Shown one piece after another: positions 45,751 through 55,838 of a stretch of 64,000 nucleotides of DNA. The translations under genes were made by a program, and so were the position numbers. The stretch is taken from the NCBI GenBank assembly GCA_964538675.1, contig CAZIGM010000002.1, forward strand, positions 2,870-66,869, written 5' to 3'. Under the pieces are notes generated by a model. The model worked only from the letters and a program-made list of their open reading frames with translations. It did not search any database and had not been told where the DNA came from. The first letter of the stretch is position 1. Each line of letters begins with the position of its first letter. The stretch is from an uncultured Bacillaceae bacterium (lineage in GTDB: Bacteria; Bacillota; Bacilli; Tepidibacillales; Tepidibacillaceae).

Positions 45751-46950
45751 TCAATTATTACTCTCTAAGTTAATATTCTCATATTGTATTGGCACCATAT
45801 ATTGTTGGTTGCCATCCCATATATATTCTATCGTTTTTACAAAACTATTATTAGTATTATCAAAGATATCTACAACATAATATGTCAAGCCTCTATTATA
45901 ATATTCAATTAAATTAAGATCATAGTAATAGCTACTTTTAGCTTGTTCTATTGGTTCCCCAATGCTATTATATATGCCTTCAGAATTACCATACCACTGC
46001 ATTTTCCCTGTCATGTCCATATATATCCATTGATCAACTTGTCTGTAGAATAAATCTTCTTTTTCTAATGTATTCTTGTCATCAAGTGATATTGCAAGAA
46101 ACCCTTTTTTATTATATTTATTCCACTGGTCATATATAAAAGCAAATTCTCCATACAACCATCTATCAGCTTCTTTTACCTTGCCTTCTTCACTATTATT
46201 ATTAGTTAATTTATTTAAATCAATAGTAATTGTTTTATAATTACTTATCCCAGTTTGAAACTGATCAAAATAAAAAACAAATGTTAACCATTCAGTTTCT
46301 TTTGAAGAAGCAAATACCTCTGTATACACTAGAGAACTTGATTGATCATCAAGTAATATCTTCCAGACATCATCATTTTTTGATGTAGAAATAGTAAATA
46401 TTACATTTTCCTCATTTGTTTCTTCACTAAAGTACCAAAGACCCTGTTCAGTTTCATAAATAAATATGTTATTCCAATCTAATTTATTGGGAGGAATAGT
46501 TATTTCATATGCACTTTCAACTAATTCTTTGGCAAAAGCAAATTCCTTTGAATCTAGTATAAATTCATTATCTGGAATAAATATAGAAAAAACATTTTCA
46601 TCTGTTATTATATTGTTAATGTTAAGAATGTAACCACCTTTAATTTTATCATCATAATTAATAGAAGCTAAATAATTCCCATCACTATTAAAACCATATA
46701 GATATGATAATCTATTAGTTTTTACTTGTGTGATAAAGTTAGAGTTTTTAAATAGTTTATCAAGACTTATAACATTTGTTGAATCATATAAGGAATCAGA
46801 ATCGTATTTTGGACTGTTATCTACTTTATTCCATTCTTCTTCATTTGAATTATTATTTGAGTTGTTATATAAGGTGAAGAATATAAAGTATGAAATTATT
46901 AATAATATAAAAATTATAAATGCCTTAAATAAAAATTTTCGATTTCTCAA
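45751..46950 (-). CDS. membrane-anchored hypothetical protein
   Basis: 399 aa with an N-terminal TM anchor and an Asn-rich linker. No motif recognised. Confidence 0.5.
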   Translation of the reverse strand: MRNRKFLFKAFIIFILLIISYFIFFTLYNNSNNNSNEEEWNKVDNSPKYDSDSLYDSTNVISLDKLFKNSNFITQVKTNRLSYLYGFNSDGNYLASINYDDKIKGGYILNINNIITDENVFSIFIPDNEFILDSKEFAFAKELVESAYEITIPPNKLDWNNIFIYETEQGLWYFSEETNEENVIFTISTSKNDDVWKILLDDQSSSLVYTEVFASSKETEWLTFVFYFDQFQTGISNYKTITIDLNKLTNNNSEEGKVKEADRWLYGEFAFIYDQWNKYNKKGFLAISLDDKNTLEKEDLFYRQVDQWIYMDMTGKMQWYGNSEGIYNSIGEPIEQAKSSYYYDLNLIEYYNRGLTYYVVDIFDNTNNSFVKTIEYIWDGNQQYMVPIQYENINLESNN

Positions 46951-47307
46951 GTAGCCAGTCCACCTCCTCTATTACTCTATCATTTTAACATATTAATCTT
47001 TAATGTTCACTAATGAAACATTGATAATAATTCCTCTATTTAGAATTAACCAAAATATGTTATTCTCCTGCTTGTTATTTAATAAGTTTTTACTAATTAA
47101 TCCATTCTTACTTGACACTAAGCATATAAAAGCTTTATTATATAAAAAGTGAATATGGGAATATTATATCTTAGATGTGAACCCTCACTCATTTTGTCCT
47201 TATAGAGCGCGGCTGATTTATTTCTATAAGATAAGTATGTTGACAAAATTGAGCACATCAAATGCCCATAAAAATTTTTATTGTATATGAGAGGGGTTTT
47301 TTATTAA

Positions 47308-47907
47308 ATGTCACGTTATACAGGACCAAAACATAAGTTGAGTCGTCGTGTTGGTATCTCTTTGAGTGGTACAGGAAAAGAAATGAAACGTCCTTATCCT
47401 CCAGGTCAACATGGACAAAGTCAACGTAGAAAAGTAAGCGAGTATGGACTTCAATTAAATGAAAAACAAAAATTACGCCACATGTATGGCTTAAATGAAA
47501 AACAGTTTGTTAATCTTTTTGTTAAAGCTACCAAAATGCATGGTGTATCTGGTGAAAACTTTATGATTCTTTTGGAAAGTCGTTTAGATAACCTTGTTTA
47601 TCGTATGGGCTTATCTCATACTCGTCAAGGAGCTAGACAATTAGTAAATCATGGGCATGTTACTGTTAATGGAAAAAAGGTTGACATTGCTTCTTATCAA
47701 GTTAAACCTAATGATGTAATTGGTTTGCGTGAGAAGAGCCGTAACTTGAACATGATAAAAGAAGCATTAAAAGATCGCAACTATCTTCCTGATTATGTTA
47801 CTTTTGATGATAAGTCACTAGAAGGTAAATTTATTCGTTTACCAGAACGTTCTGAGTTACCTCAAGAAATTAACGAAAAACTTATCGTAGAGTACTATTC
47901 AAAATAA
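47308..47907 (+). CDS. rpsD: 30S ribosomal protein S4
   Basis: [14 protein letters not shown]... with an S4 domain ([11 protein letters not shown]...ARQLVNHGH). Confidence 0.95.
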   Translation: MSRYTGPKHKLSRRVGISLSGTGKEMKRPYPPGQHGQSQRRKVSEYGLQLNEKQKLRHMYGLNEKQFVNLFVKATKMHGVSGENFMILLESRLDNLVYRMGLSHTRQGARQLVNHGHVTVNGKKVDIASYQVKPNDVIGLREKSRNLNMIKEALKDRNYLPDYVTFDDKSLEGKFIRLPERSELPQEINEKLIVEYYSK

Positions 47908-47914
47908 TATTAAT

Positions 47915-47944
47915 AAGCATCCAAAATTGGATGCTTGTTTTTTT
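47915..47944 (+). terminator. rpsD intrinsic terminator
   Basis: AAGCATCC-AAAATT-GGATGCTT followed by GTTTTTTT. Confidence 0.8.
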
Positions 47945-48162
47945 GTAGAAAATGGTATTTGTAGTTTACAACGTGCTCACGATGTCCGTTACCTTTCTTT
48001 TAATGAGTAAAATACGGAAGAAAGGTAACTCCCAAAAGCCGCACTTATGTAAAGCTACAAAACTTTTAGGTATAATAATAATCGCAGGACCGAACTTACT
48101 TAACGTAAGTGAGTACCAGAGATTTAAGCTGTAACACTGAAATTTGGCGTTTTATACAGTCT
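47944..48162 (-). repeat. MITE-like element A (long form)
   Basis: Ends are TGTAGAAAATG and CGTTTTATACAGTCT. It aligns with the reverse complement of element B. It carries an internal perfect 12-bp-stem hairpin at 47988-48029. Confidence 0.7.
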
Positions 48163-48186
48163 GTGGATGCTTATTTTTTTATTTTT

Positions 48187-49446
48187 TTATCTAACTATAT
48201 TTATCTTTGCAAATTTCCTTTTACCGACTTGAATTATCATATCTTGTTTAATCTCTACTACATAATCAATATCATCTATTTTCTCTTCATCTATTTTTAC
48301 TGCGCCCTGTTCAATCATTCTACGTCCTTCTCCATTAGACGAAACTAGTCCTAGTGAAACAATAAGTTTTACAATCCACACTTTATCGTCTTTTAGTATA
48401 TCTTTCTCTATATCTACAACAGGAAGGTCATCAGGAAGGGCACCTTTTTGGAAAACAGTTCTAAAGTGATTCTCTGCGTTTTCAGCTGCCTGTTTACCAT
48501 GATACATTCTAACTAATGTGAATGCCATTTTCATCTTTGCATCTCTAGGATGAATACTTCCATCTTCAATCCCTTTAATCATTTCCTTAACCTCATCATG
48601 AGAAAGATCAGTAACTAATTTAAAGTATTTAATCATTAATTCGTCAGGAATGGACATTGCCTTACCATATATTTGATTAGCTTCTTCATCAACTCCAATA
48701 TAATTCCCTAAACTTTTGCTCATCTTTTGTACACCATCTAAGCCCTCAATTAGAGGTAACATTAATACTGCTTGTTGATTCTGACCATACTCTTTTTGAA
48801 GTTGTCTTCCCATTAATAAATTAAATTTTTGATCAGTTCCACCGATTTCTATATCTGTATTTAGAGCCACAGAATCATATCCTTGCATTAAAGGATAAAA
48901 GAATTCATGAACACTTATTGGTTGATTAGAACTAAATCTTTTCTCAAAGTCATCCCTTTCCAACATTCTTGCAACTGTTATCTTAGATGATAACGTTACA
49001 ACATCGGCAAAAGTAAGCGGAGAAAGCCACTTACTGTTATAGTGAACTTCTGTTTTCTCAGAGTCTAGAACTTTAAATAATTGGTCAACATATGTTTGAG
49101 CGTTTTCTTTTACCTGTTCTGGTGTTAATTGTCTTCTAGTTTCCGATTTACCTGAAGGATCCCCTATTTGTCCCGTAAAATCTCCTATAACGAGTTGAAC
49201 AATATGACCTAGTTTTTGAAATTGTCTTAATTTTTGCAATGGTACAGTATGTCCAATATGAATATCTGGTGCTGATGGGTCAAGCCCTAATTTTACTTTT
49301 AATGGTTTATTATTTTTTATAGAATAGATTAATTTCTTCTTGAACTCATCTTCAGGTATTATCTCTACTGCTCCCCTACTAAGTATACTCCATTGTTTAT
49401 CAAATTCTGTTTGCTGTTCTTTTGTTAATTCCAACTTATCGCTCAT
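48187..49446 (-). CDS. tyrS: tyrosine--tRNA ligase
   Basis: HIGH motif (DIHIGH), KMSKS motif and a C-terminal S4-like domain. ATG 49446 follows GGAGGG. Confidence 0.95.
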   Translation of the reverse strand: MSDKLELTKEQQTEFDKQWSILSRGAVEIIPEDEFKKKLIYSIKNNKPLKVKLGLDPSAPDIHIGHTVPLQKLRQFQKLGHIVQLVIGDFTGQIGDPSGKSETRRQLTPEQVKENAQTYVDQLFKVLDSEKTEVHYNSKWLSPLTFADVVTLSSKITVARMLERDDFEKRFSSNQPISVHEFFYPLMQGYDSVALNTDIEIGGTDQKFNLLMGRQLQKEYGQNQQAVLMLPLIEGLDGVQKMSKSLGNYIGVDEEANQIYGKAMSIPDELMIKYFKLVTDLSHDEVKEMIKGIEDGSIHPRDAKMKMAFTLVRMYHGKQAAENAENHFRTVFQKGALPDDLPVVDIEKDILKDDKVWIVKLIVSLGLVSSNGEGRRMIEQGAVKIDEEKIDDIDYVVEIKQDMIIQVGKRKFAKINIVR

Positions 49447-49700
49447 TATTTTCCCTCCATAAATAAAAAATAAAAAATAAAAACCACATCCCAAAAACAT
49501 AGGGACGTGGTTAAACGCGTTACCACCCTAATTAAGAGCATGCTTAAATTCTCTCATCTCATTTGCTTAACGGGTTACCGGAATAGTTTTATTTTCTATT
49601 CAGCTCTAGTATTGTAATTCGGTTAGATAATATTGTACTGACTTCCACCTTAATATCAGCTCTCTTAGAACAAATATTATCGCCTACTTAGAACTTTCAT
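49447..49700 (-). promoter_or_regulatory. T-box riboswitch leader (Tyr specifier)
   Basis: T-box sequence AGGGTGGTAACGCG at 49516-49529, terminator stem at 49484-49510 with a T-run, AGAGA motif, and a UAC codon at 49635-49637 followed by A in a specifier-loop-like context. Confidence 0.85.
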
Positions 49701-49770
49701 TGCTTTTATTTATAAGATTTTTATTAATTTTTAACATAATATCTTACAAAAGTCAATATTGCTCTTCTTA

Positions 49771-49890
49771 AGACTGTATAAAATGCCCTATTTCAGCGTT
49801 ACTGCTAAAATCTCTGGTACTCACTTACATTAAGTAATCTCCGTTCCTTCGATTTAAGCGTGCCTTGAACTAGAACATTTTCTACAGTCT
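49771..49890 (+). repeat. MITE-like element B (short form, 120 bp)
   Basis: 15-nt terminal inverted repeats AGACTGTATAAAATG / CATTTTCTACAGTCT with one mismatch. Confidence 0.7.
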
Positions 49891-50138
49891 GTACTTTGTC
49901 AATATAAAAAATAAGCATCCTCAGACTTTTTAAAATGTCCTATATTTTTTCCAATAGAAATTTACTAAATGATACATTATAATTATATTAATTTATTTTT
50001 TATTTTATTAAAATATGTTAATAATATTTAAAGCATAGCTATTTTAGTATATTTATTGAATTTTTGATGAGTTTAGACATTATTTTAAGACTAGTGTTTG
50101 GTATTTATGATATAATATCAATTTGGGAGGGAGATTTA

Positions 50139-53100
50139 ATGACTCAACAGAAGAAAACCAAAAATCAAAAAAAATTAAAAAATACATTTAAAATTACTAA
50201 ATATATTAAATTTTTCTTTATAGCGTTAGTTTTAGGTTGTTTTTTATTTACTGGTGTTCTCACAGGATTAGTAATATCTTATGTGAAAGATGAACCTATT
50301 AGAAGTGCTGAAGAAATACAAAATAAAATTTCGACAAATAACTTAACTGGATTTGCTTATTTTGTTAATACTGATGAAGAAGGCAATAATCAACTAATCG
50401 GTACTTTGAGAGCTGATGAAGATAGACGCTTAATTAAATACGATGAAATGCCGAAAGTTTTTATAGATGCTGTTGTTGCCATAGAAGACCGTGCGTTTTG
50501 GGATCATAATGGTGTAAATTTTGTATCTACAGGTAGAGCATTTTTTCAACAATTATTTAATCTTGAAGTACAAACTGGCGGAAGCACAATTACTCAACAA
50601 TTAGCTAAGAATTCCTTTCTATCTTTAGAAAAAACAAACGAAAGAAAAGTTAAAGAAATTTTCTTAGCATTACGAATAGATTTACTTATGTCTAAAGAGG
50701 AAATTTTTGCTGCGTATGTTAATAAAAATCCTTATGGAAAAGCGGCAAATCTAAATAATGTATACGGAATTCAAGCTGCGTCTAAAGGTTATTTTAATAA
50801 AGATGCTAAAGACTTGAATCTTGCAGAATCGGCTTATTTAGCAGGTCTTCCTCAACGACCTACTGCTTACTCTGCTTTTGATAGTAATGGCTTTAATGAA
50901 GATAAATACCAATTGGCTATCAGTAGACAACAACAAGTACTTAACAGCATGCTTGAAGAAGGATATATAAATGAAACTGAATATAATGAATCTTTGGCTT
51001 ATAATATAAAAGAAGCATTTGCATATGACACTGAGTCTTCACAAAAAGAAGCATACAATACTTACTCTTACCTTATGCTTGAAATTGAAGATAGAGCAAC
51101 AGAATTACTACTTGAAAGTTTGGATATTACTGCAGACACTGCCGATTATGATTTAACTTTTGAAAACGCCAAACAGGAATTATTAACCGGTGGATATAAG
51201 GTATACACAACAATTGATAAAGATATATATGAAGCAATGAATAGTGTTGCTAAAAATCCAGATAATTTTAGTAACCCGAGAACATATAATTTTGAATTAA
51301 CTAATGGAAATACCATAAAAATAGAAGATGCTCTAGAAGAAGTAGGAGCAACTCTAATTGAAAACAAAACAGGTGCAATATTAGGTTTTATCGGTGGTAG
51401 GGACTTTACACAATCCCAGGTTAATCATTCTAATTTTAGAGGAACTTCTGATAGACAACCTGGTTCTTCAATTAAACCTTTATTAGATTATGGACCTGCT
51501 CTAGAATTAGGGTACATTCAACCTGCCACACCTATAGATGATATTCCCTTAGGAACGGCATGGGAGCCAGAAAATTGGAACCACAAATATAATGGAAGAA
51601 TTCCTGCAAGGGAAGCACTAAATTGGTCATACAATATTCCTGCGGTTAAGGTTTATGGAATGGTTGGACCTGATACTGGCTATGAATATTATACAAAGCT
51701 TGGTCTTGAAGTTGACGAAACTTTCTTTAAACAAGCTGGTTTAACACCTGCTATTGGTTCAATTGAAACATCTCCAGAAAGAATGACAAGTGCATATACA
51801 ACTTTTGCTAATGGTGGAATATATGTTCATTCTTATATGATAGATAGAATTGTAGATAATAACGGAAATGTTGTTTATGAGCATAAATCGCAACCTGAGG
51901 TTGTATTTAGTGAGCAGACATCCTATTTAATGACTGATATGTTGCGAACTGTAATATCTAGTGGTACTGGTGGTACTGTTCGTAAATATGTGGGATACGA
52001 TTTAGATATCGCTGGAAAAACTGGAACTACTAATGATACCAAAGATGCATGGTTTATTGGTTATTCCCCTGAGGTTACTTTAGGAGTATGGGTTGGATAC
52101 GACTATCCTATTAAATTATGGGATCAATCGATTGCTTCAAAAACATGGGGAAGTATATTTGCTGAGGTTCTTAGCGTTAAACCAGATATATCACCTACTA
52201 AATCAACATTTAAAATGCCCGATGATTTAGTTAAAATGGAGGTTTCAAGTACATCAGGTAAATTACCATCTGATTTAACAAGAGAAGCTGGTTATTTAAC
52301 TACTGATTGGTTTAATAAACAATATATCCCTACTGAAATAGATGATTCTTTGGAAAGAGCAAGAGTAGTTTATTATAACGATGGACGATATTTTGCCAAA
52401 CCAGAAACTCCAGACGATATGGTACAAACAGGTATCTTCTTTAAACGTGAATCATATGTTGTGCCAGAATATGACCCAGATGATGAAGATGCTTTTGAAA
52501 AAAGTAACCCTGTTGATTTTGATAAGGAGTTACCTAATGAAGAAGATCCAAGAATCTCATTTGGTATGCCACCTGAACCACCTTCGTCAATAATATTAAA
52601 ATCTCAAGAAAATCAAAATATATTATCTTGGGATAAAAATACTGATTCAACTATAGTCGGTTATAGAATATATAAATATTCACTGCTTAGTATTGGTTTT
52701 AAATACGTTGGTACGACTTTGCAAAAGGACTTAAAGCCCGGGAGAATGTATTATGAAGATAAAGCAGGTAGTTGTATTTACTATATTGTAGCTGTAAATA
52801 GTAATGGTATGGAATCGAGTAAGTCAGAGTATATCGGTAATATGGATTTCAATCCTTTCGATAATGAAAATAATGATGACACAGGGAACAATGATTTTCC
52901 TTTAACAATTCCAAGCGCACCTAGTAATGTGAACTCTATTCATGTCGCATCTACTAATTATGTTACATTGACATGGTCTCAAAATGATTCTCAGGAATTC
53001 GTTATTAGATACAATATCTACTTTGGTAATGATATGAGCGGACCATTTACTTTAGTAGCTAACACACAAGATGTACTATATACTCATAACTTTGGAGAAC

Positions 53101-53183
53101 AGGAAGGCGAAATATATTACTATATTACAGCTGTCAACCAATTAGGAGAATCTCAACATTCAGAGATTATCGAAATAAAGTAA
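50139..53183 (+). CDS. class A penicillin-binding protein (glycosyltransferase + transpeptidase) with two C-terminal FN3-like repeats
   Basis: GT51 motifs EDRAFWDHNG and GGSTITQQL. Transpeptidase motifs SSIKP and KTGTT. ATG 50139 follows GGGAGGGAG. Confidence 0.9.
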   Translation: MTQQKKTKNQKKLKNTFKITKYIKFFFIALVLGCFLFTGVLTGLVISYVKDEPIRSAEEIQNKISTNNLTGFAYFVNTDEEGNNQLIGTLRADEDRRLIKYDEMPKVFIDAVVAIEDRAFWDHNGVNFVSTGRAFFQQLFNLEVQTGGSTITQQLAKNSFLSLEKTNERKVKEIFLALRIDLLMSKEEIFAAYVNKNPYGKAANLNNVYGIQAASKGYFNKDAKDLNLAESAYLAGLPQRPTAYSAFDSNGFNEDKYQLAISRQQQVLNSMLEEGYINETEYNESLAYNIKEAFAYDTESSQKEAYNTYSYLMLEIEDRATELLLESLDITADTADYDLTFENAKQELLTGGYKVYTTIDKDIYEAMNSVAKNPDNFSNPRTYNFELTNGNTIKIEDALEEVGATLIENKTGAILGFIGGRDFTQSQVNHSNFRGTSDRQPGSSIKPLLDYGPALELGYIQPATPIDDIPLGTAWEPENWNHKYNGRIPAREALNWSYNIPAVKVYGMVGPDTGYEYYTKLGLEVDETFFKQAGLTPAIGSIETSPERMTSAYTTFANGGIYVHSYMIDRIVDNNGNVVYEHKSQPEVVFSEQTSYLMTDMLRTVISSGTGGTVRKYVGYDLDIAGKTGTTNDTKDAWFIGYSPEVTLGVWVGYDYPIKLWDQSIASKTWGSIFAEVLSVKPDISPTKSTFKMPDDLVKMEVSSTSGKLPSDLTREAGYLTTDWFNKQYIPTEIDDSLERARVVYYNDGRYFAKPETPDDMVQTGIFFKRESYVVPEYDPDDEDAFEKSNPVDFDKELPNEEDPRISFGMPPEPPSSIILKSQENQNILSWDKNTDSTIVGYRIYKYSLLSIGFKYVGTTLQKDLKPGRMYYEDKAGSCIYYIVAVNSNGMESSKSEYIGNMDFNPFDNENNDDTGNNDFPLTIPSAPSNVNSIHVASTNYVTLTWSQNDSQEFVIRYNIYFGNDMSGPFTLVANTQDVLYTHNFGEQEGEIYYYITAVNQLGESQHSEIIEIK

Positions 53184-53213
53184 AGCTTATCTTTGTTTTC
53201 TATTAAAATTTAA

Positions 53214-53257
53214 GGGGGATACCATTAATAATATTATGGTCATCCCCCATTTTTTTA
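53214..53257. terminator. bidirectional terminator between PBP and mtnN
   Basis: GGGGGAT...ATCCCCC stem followed by ATTTTTTT. Confidence 0.7.
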
Positions 53258-53287
53258 TTATTCATTTAAAATTTATATACCCACTTA

Positions 53288-53977
53288 TTAGATATCTCTC
53301 AACATCTTATCTACTATTAAATAACTTCGATCAGCGGCAAATTTAGCAAATTCACTAAAATTCACATTAGCTGAATGGTCTGCCTTATCTGACATCGAAC
53401 GTACAATAACAAATGGAATATTATTCATATTACATACTTGGGCAACTGCTGCTCCTTCCATCTCCGTACACAGTCCTTTGAACTTTTCGTAAAGCTCTTT
53501 TGCCAAACCAACATCCGCTATAAATTGATCTCCCGACAATATTTTTCCAGAAATAATATTTACATCACTTACTTCTTCGCTTGCTTTAAGTGCTATATTT
53601 ATTAATTCATTATCTGCCTCAAAAATAGATTTCTCGGAATAAGGAATAAATCCCTTTTCAAAACCTAATGGACTAGCATCAATATCATATTGTTGTGCTA
53701 TCGTAGAAATTACAATGTCACCAATATTCAAATCTGGATGTAATGCTCCAGCAACACCTGTAAATATTATTTTATCAACTTGAAATTTATCTATTAAAAT
53801 CTGTGTGCAAACTGCAGAATTTACTTTTCCTACGCCCGATTTACAAAGCACTATTTGTTGCCCACTCATTAGTCCCTGATAAAATATAATTTTTGCAATT
53901 TTTGTTTCAGTAATATCTTCTATTTTCAGTTTATAACTTTCAATTTCTTCATCCATGGCACCAATAATACCTATCAA
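53288..53977 (-). CDS. mtnN: 5'-methylthioadenosine/S-adenosylhomocysteine nucleosidase
   Basis: MIGIIGAMDEE N-terminus, TEMEGAAVAQV and VRSMSD blocks. Confidence 0.9.
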   Translation of the reverse strand: MIGIIGAMDEEIESYKLKIEDITETKIAKIIFYQGLMSGQQIVLCKSGVGKVNSAVCTQILIDKFQVDKIIFTGVAGALHPDLNIGDIVISTIAQQYDIDASPLGFEKGFIPYSEKSIFEADNELINIALKASEEVSDVNIISGKILSGDQFIADVGLAKELYEKFKGLCTEMEGAAVAQVCNMNNIPFVIVRSMSDKADHSANVNFSEFAKFAADRSYLIVDKMLRDI

Positions 53978-54124
53978 TTATAACCCTCCTTGAATTAATC
54001 AAAAAACTACTACAAAGGTTATCACGTCCTTTCTTCACTTTCAGAAAGTCCTGATTTACATGTTCTTGAGCAGTTTCTTTCAAATTTCATTTTTTCTAAT
54101 TTCATTAAATTTACCTTACGTATT

Positions 54125-54913
54125 TTACTGATTATTACTTAAAGCATTTTCTAGATTCTCAGCTTTATATTCATCATAATTTTTATCTAAGATTACTATA
54201 ACTACTCGACGGTTTTTCATTCTTCCCTCTGAAGTTTTATTCGTGTCTAAAGGTATCGTATCAGCAAAACCAGATATTTTAAACCTATCTCCTGGTATTA
54301 AATGCTCTTTTATAAAATAATTTGCCACATTAGCCGCTCTATCCCCGGATAAATTCCAATTTGAAACATATTGAGAAGGTTGAATAATTCTTTGACTATC
54401 AGTATGTCCTTCTATTTCTACTAAATTAGGTATTGTTTTTAAAAGGTCAGCAACAGTATCTAAAAAAGGTTTAGCTTGTTGTTTTACAACAGCTTGTCCC
54501 GAATCAAATAATACATCTTCTTGTAAAACTAATTCAACACCCCGTTCTTCTCTTGTAGCAGTTATAACACCTTCTAAATCATGTTCCACTAAATAATTTT
54601 TAACTTCAGCCAGTAACTCATCTAATTGTTTTTGATTTTCATCTTTTTCACCAGTATCTAAACTTTTTTCCATATCAACTGGTGGGAAATCCAAATCAAT
54701 AGGACTTGTTGGAGGGTTATCTAGAATAAATTCAGAACTCTCATCAAAAACTCCTTTAAAAGAGTTAGCTATCATTCGAAACTTATTAGCATCTATTTCA
54801 GAAAAAGAAAACAATAAAATAAAAAAAACTAATAATAATGTCATTAAGTCCGAAAAGGTTGCCATCCATGGCGGAGAGCCCTTTTTTACTTTTTTCTCTT
54901 TCTTAGAGCTCAT
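54125..54913 (-). CDS. motB: flagellar stator protein MotB/MotS family (OmpA-like C-terminus)
   Basis: N-terminal PWMATFSDLMTLLLVFF with the conserved Asp. The C-terminal peptidoglycan-binding domain is NWNLSGDRA...NRRV. Location next to ccpA mirrors Bacillus motPS. Confidence 0.85.
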   Translation of the reverse strand: MSSKKEKKVKKGSPPWMATFSDLMTLLLVFFILLFSFSEIDANKFRMIANSFKGVFDESSEFILDNPPTSPIDLDFPPVDMEKSLDTGEKDENQKQLDELLAEVKNYLVEHDLEGVITATREERGVELVLQEDVLFDSGQAVVKQQAKPFLDTVADLLKTIPNLVEIEGHTDSQRIIQPSQYVSNWNLSGDRAANVANYFIKEHLIPGDRFKISGFADTIPLDTNKTSEGRMKNRRVVIVILDKNYDEYKAENLENALSNNQ

Positions 54914-55728
54914 TAGTAAGCCACCTCTTCAGTATTTGAGACAAGCTCTTCAGCAGCTGGTTCCTTTTTCTTTTTATCAATAAAAACATCTAATTTCTCT
55001 TTTAATAATTTTGGGTTTTGACCCGATTGAACACCCAATACGCCTTCAATCATTATTTGCTTTACATAGACTTCGAAATCTGTACGAATCTGAATTTTTC
55101 CTGCTAAAGGAATGAAAAATAAATTAGCTAGTACTGAGCCATAAAATGTTGTAATCAAAGCTAACGCCATTGTTGGACCAATTGCACTTGCGTCACTTAA
55201 ATTTAAAAGCATTAAAATTAGACCAATGAGCGTACCTATCATTCCCCATGCTGGTGCTAATTCTCCTGCTTTTTCAATTACGCTAATACCTGTGTTTTTT
55301 CTTTCCTCTAATGCTACAATCTCTGCTGAAAGAATCTCTCTAATTTGTTCAGCTTCTAGTCCATCAACTGTTAAAAGAATTCCCTTTTTTATAAAATCAT
55401 CCTCTAACTCTTCTACCTTGTTATCCAGTGCCAATAGTCCTTCTCTTCTCGCAATTGTAGAGAGTTCTATAAATAATTCTACTAATTCCGCAATATCTTT
55501 TTTTTCTTGATAAAAGGCTTCCTTTATAGCATCGCGTGCCAATTTAAATTCATCAGATGAGAAATTAACCAATAACGCTGCAGTTAATCCTCCAAAGACC
55601 GTTATCATTGAAGAAATACTAATAAATATTTTTGCCCCAATTAACCCACCAGTTAGTAGAATAGCTAAAGCAATTAATATAATACCCAAAATCATGCCTA
55701 TTGGTGTCATAACATCAAATTTTCTCAT
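54913..55728 (-). CDS. motA: flagellar stator protein MotA/MotP family
   Basis: 271 aa with 4 TM segments. The APAWGMIGTLIGL and TTFYGSVLANL blocks are typical of MotA. Confidence 0.85.
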   Translation of the reverse strand: MRKFDVMTPIGMILGIILIALAILLTGGLIGAKIFISISSMITVFGGLTAALLVNFSSDEFKLARDAIKEAFYQEKKDIAELVELFIELSTIARREGLLALDNKVEELEDDFIKKGILLTVDGLEAEQIREILSAEIVALEERKNTGISVIEKAGELAPAWGMIGTLIGLILMLLNLSDASAIGPTMALALITTFYGSVLANLFFIPLAGKIQIRTDFEVYVKQIMIEGVLGVQSGQNPKLLKEKLDVFIDKKKKEPAAEELVSNTEEVAY

Positions 55729-55751
55729 ACGACTCTCCCGCTACATATATT

Positions 55752-55800
55752 AAAGTCAAACTTTATTCCGATGGAGCTTTACTCCGACTATATTCTAGTA
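55752..55800 (+). repeat. degenerate copy of the dispersed-repeat left module
   Basis: AAAGTCAAACTTTATTCCGATGGAGCTTTACTCCGAC versus the consensus AAAGCCGAACTTTATTCAGATGGAGTTTTAACTCCAC. Confidence 0.6.
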
Positions 55801-55838
55801 CTTAAAGAATACAAGTTACGCTAGGACAAATTCTATTT

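Noticed and set aside
47952-48348. ORFs 47952-48134 and 48109-48348
   Set aside because: The first lies inside MITE-like element A. The second is antisense to the tyrS 3' end. Neither has an RBS.
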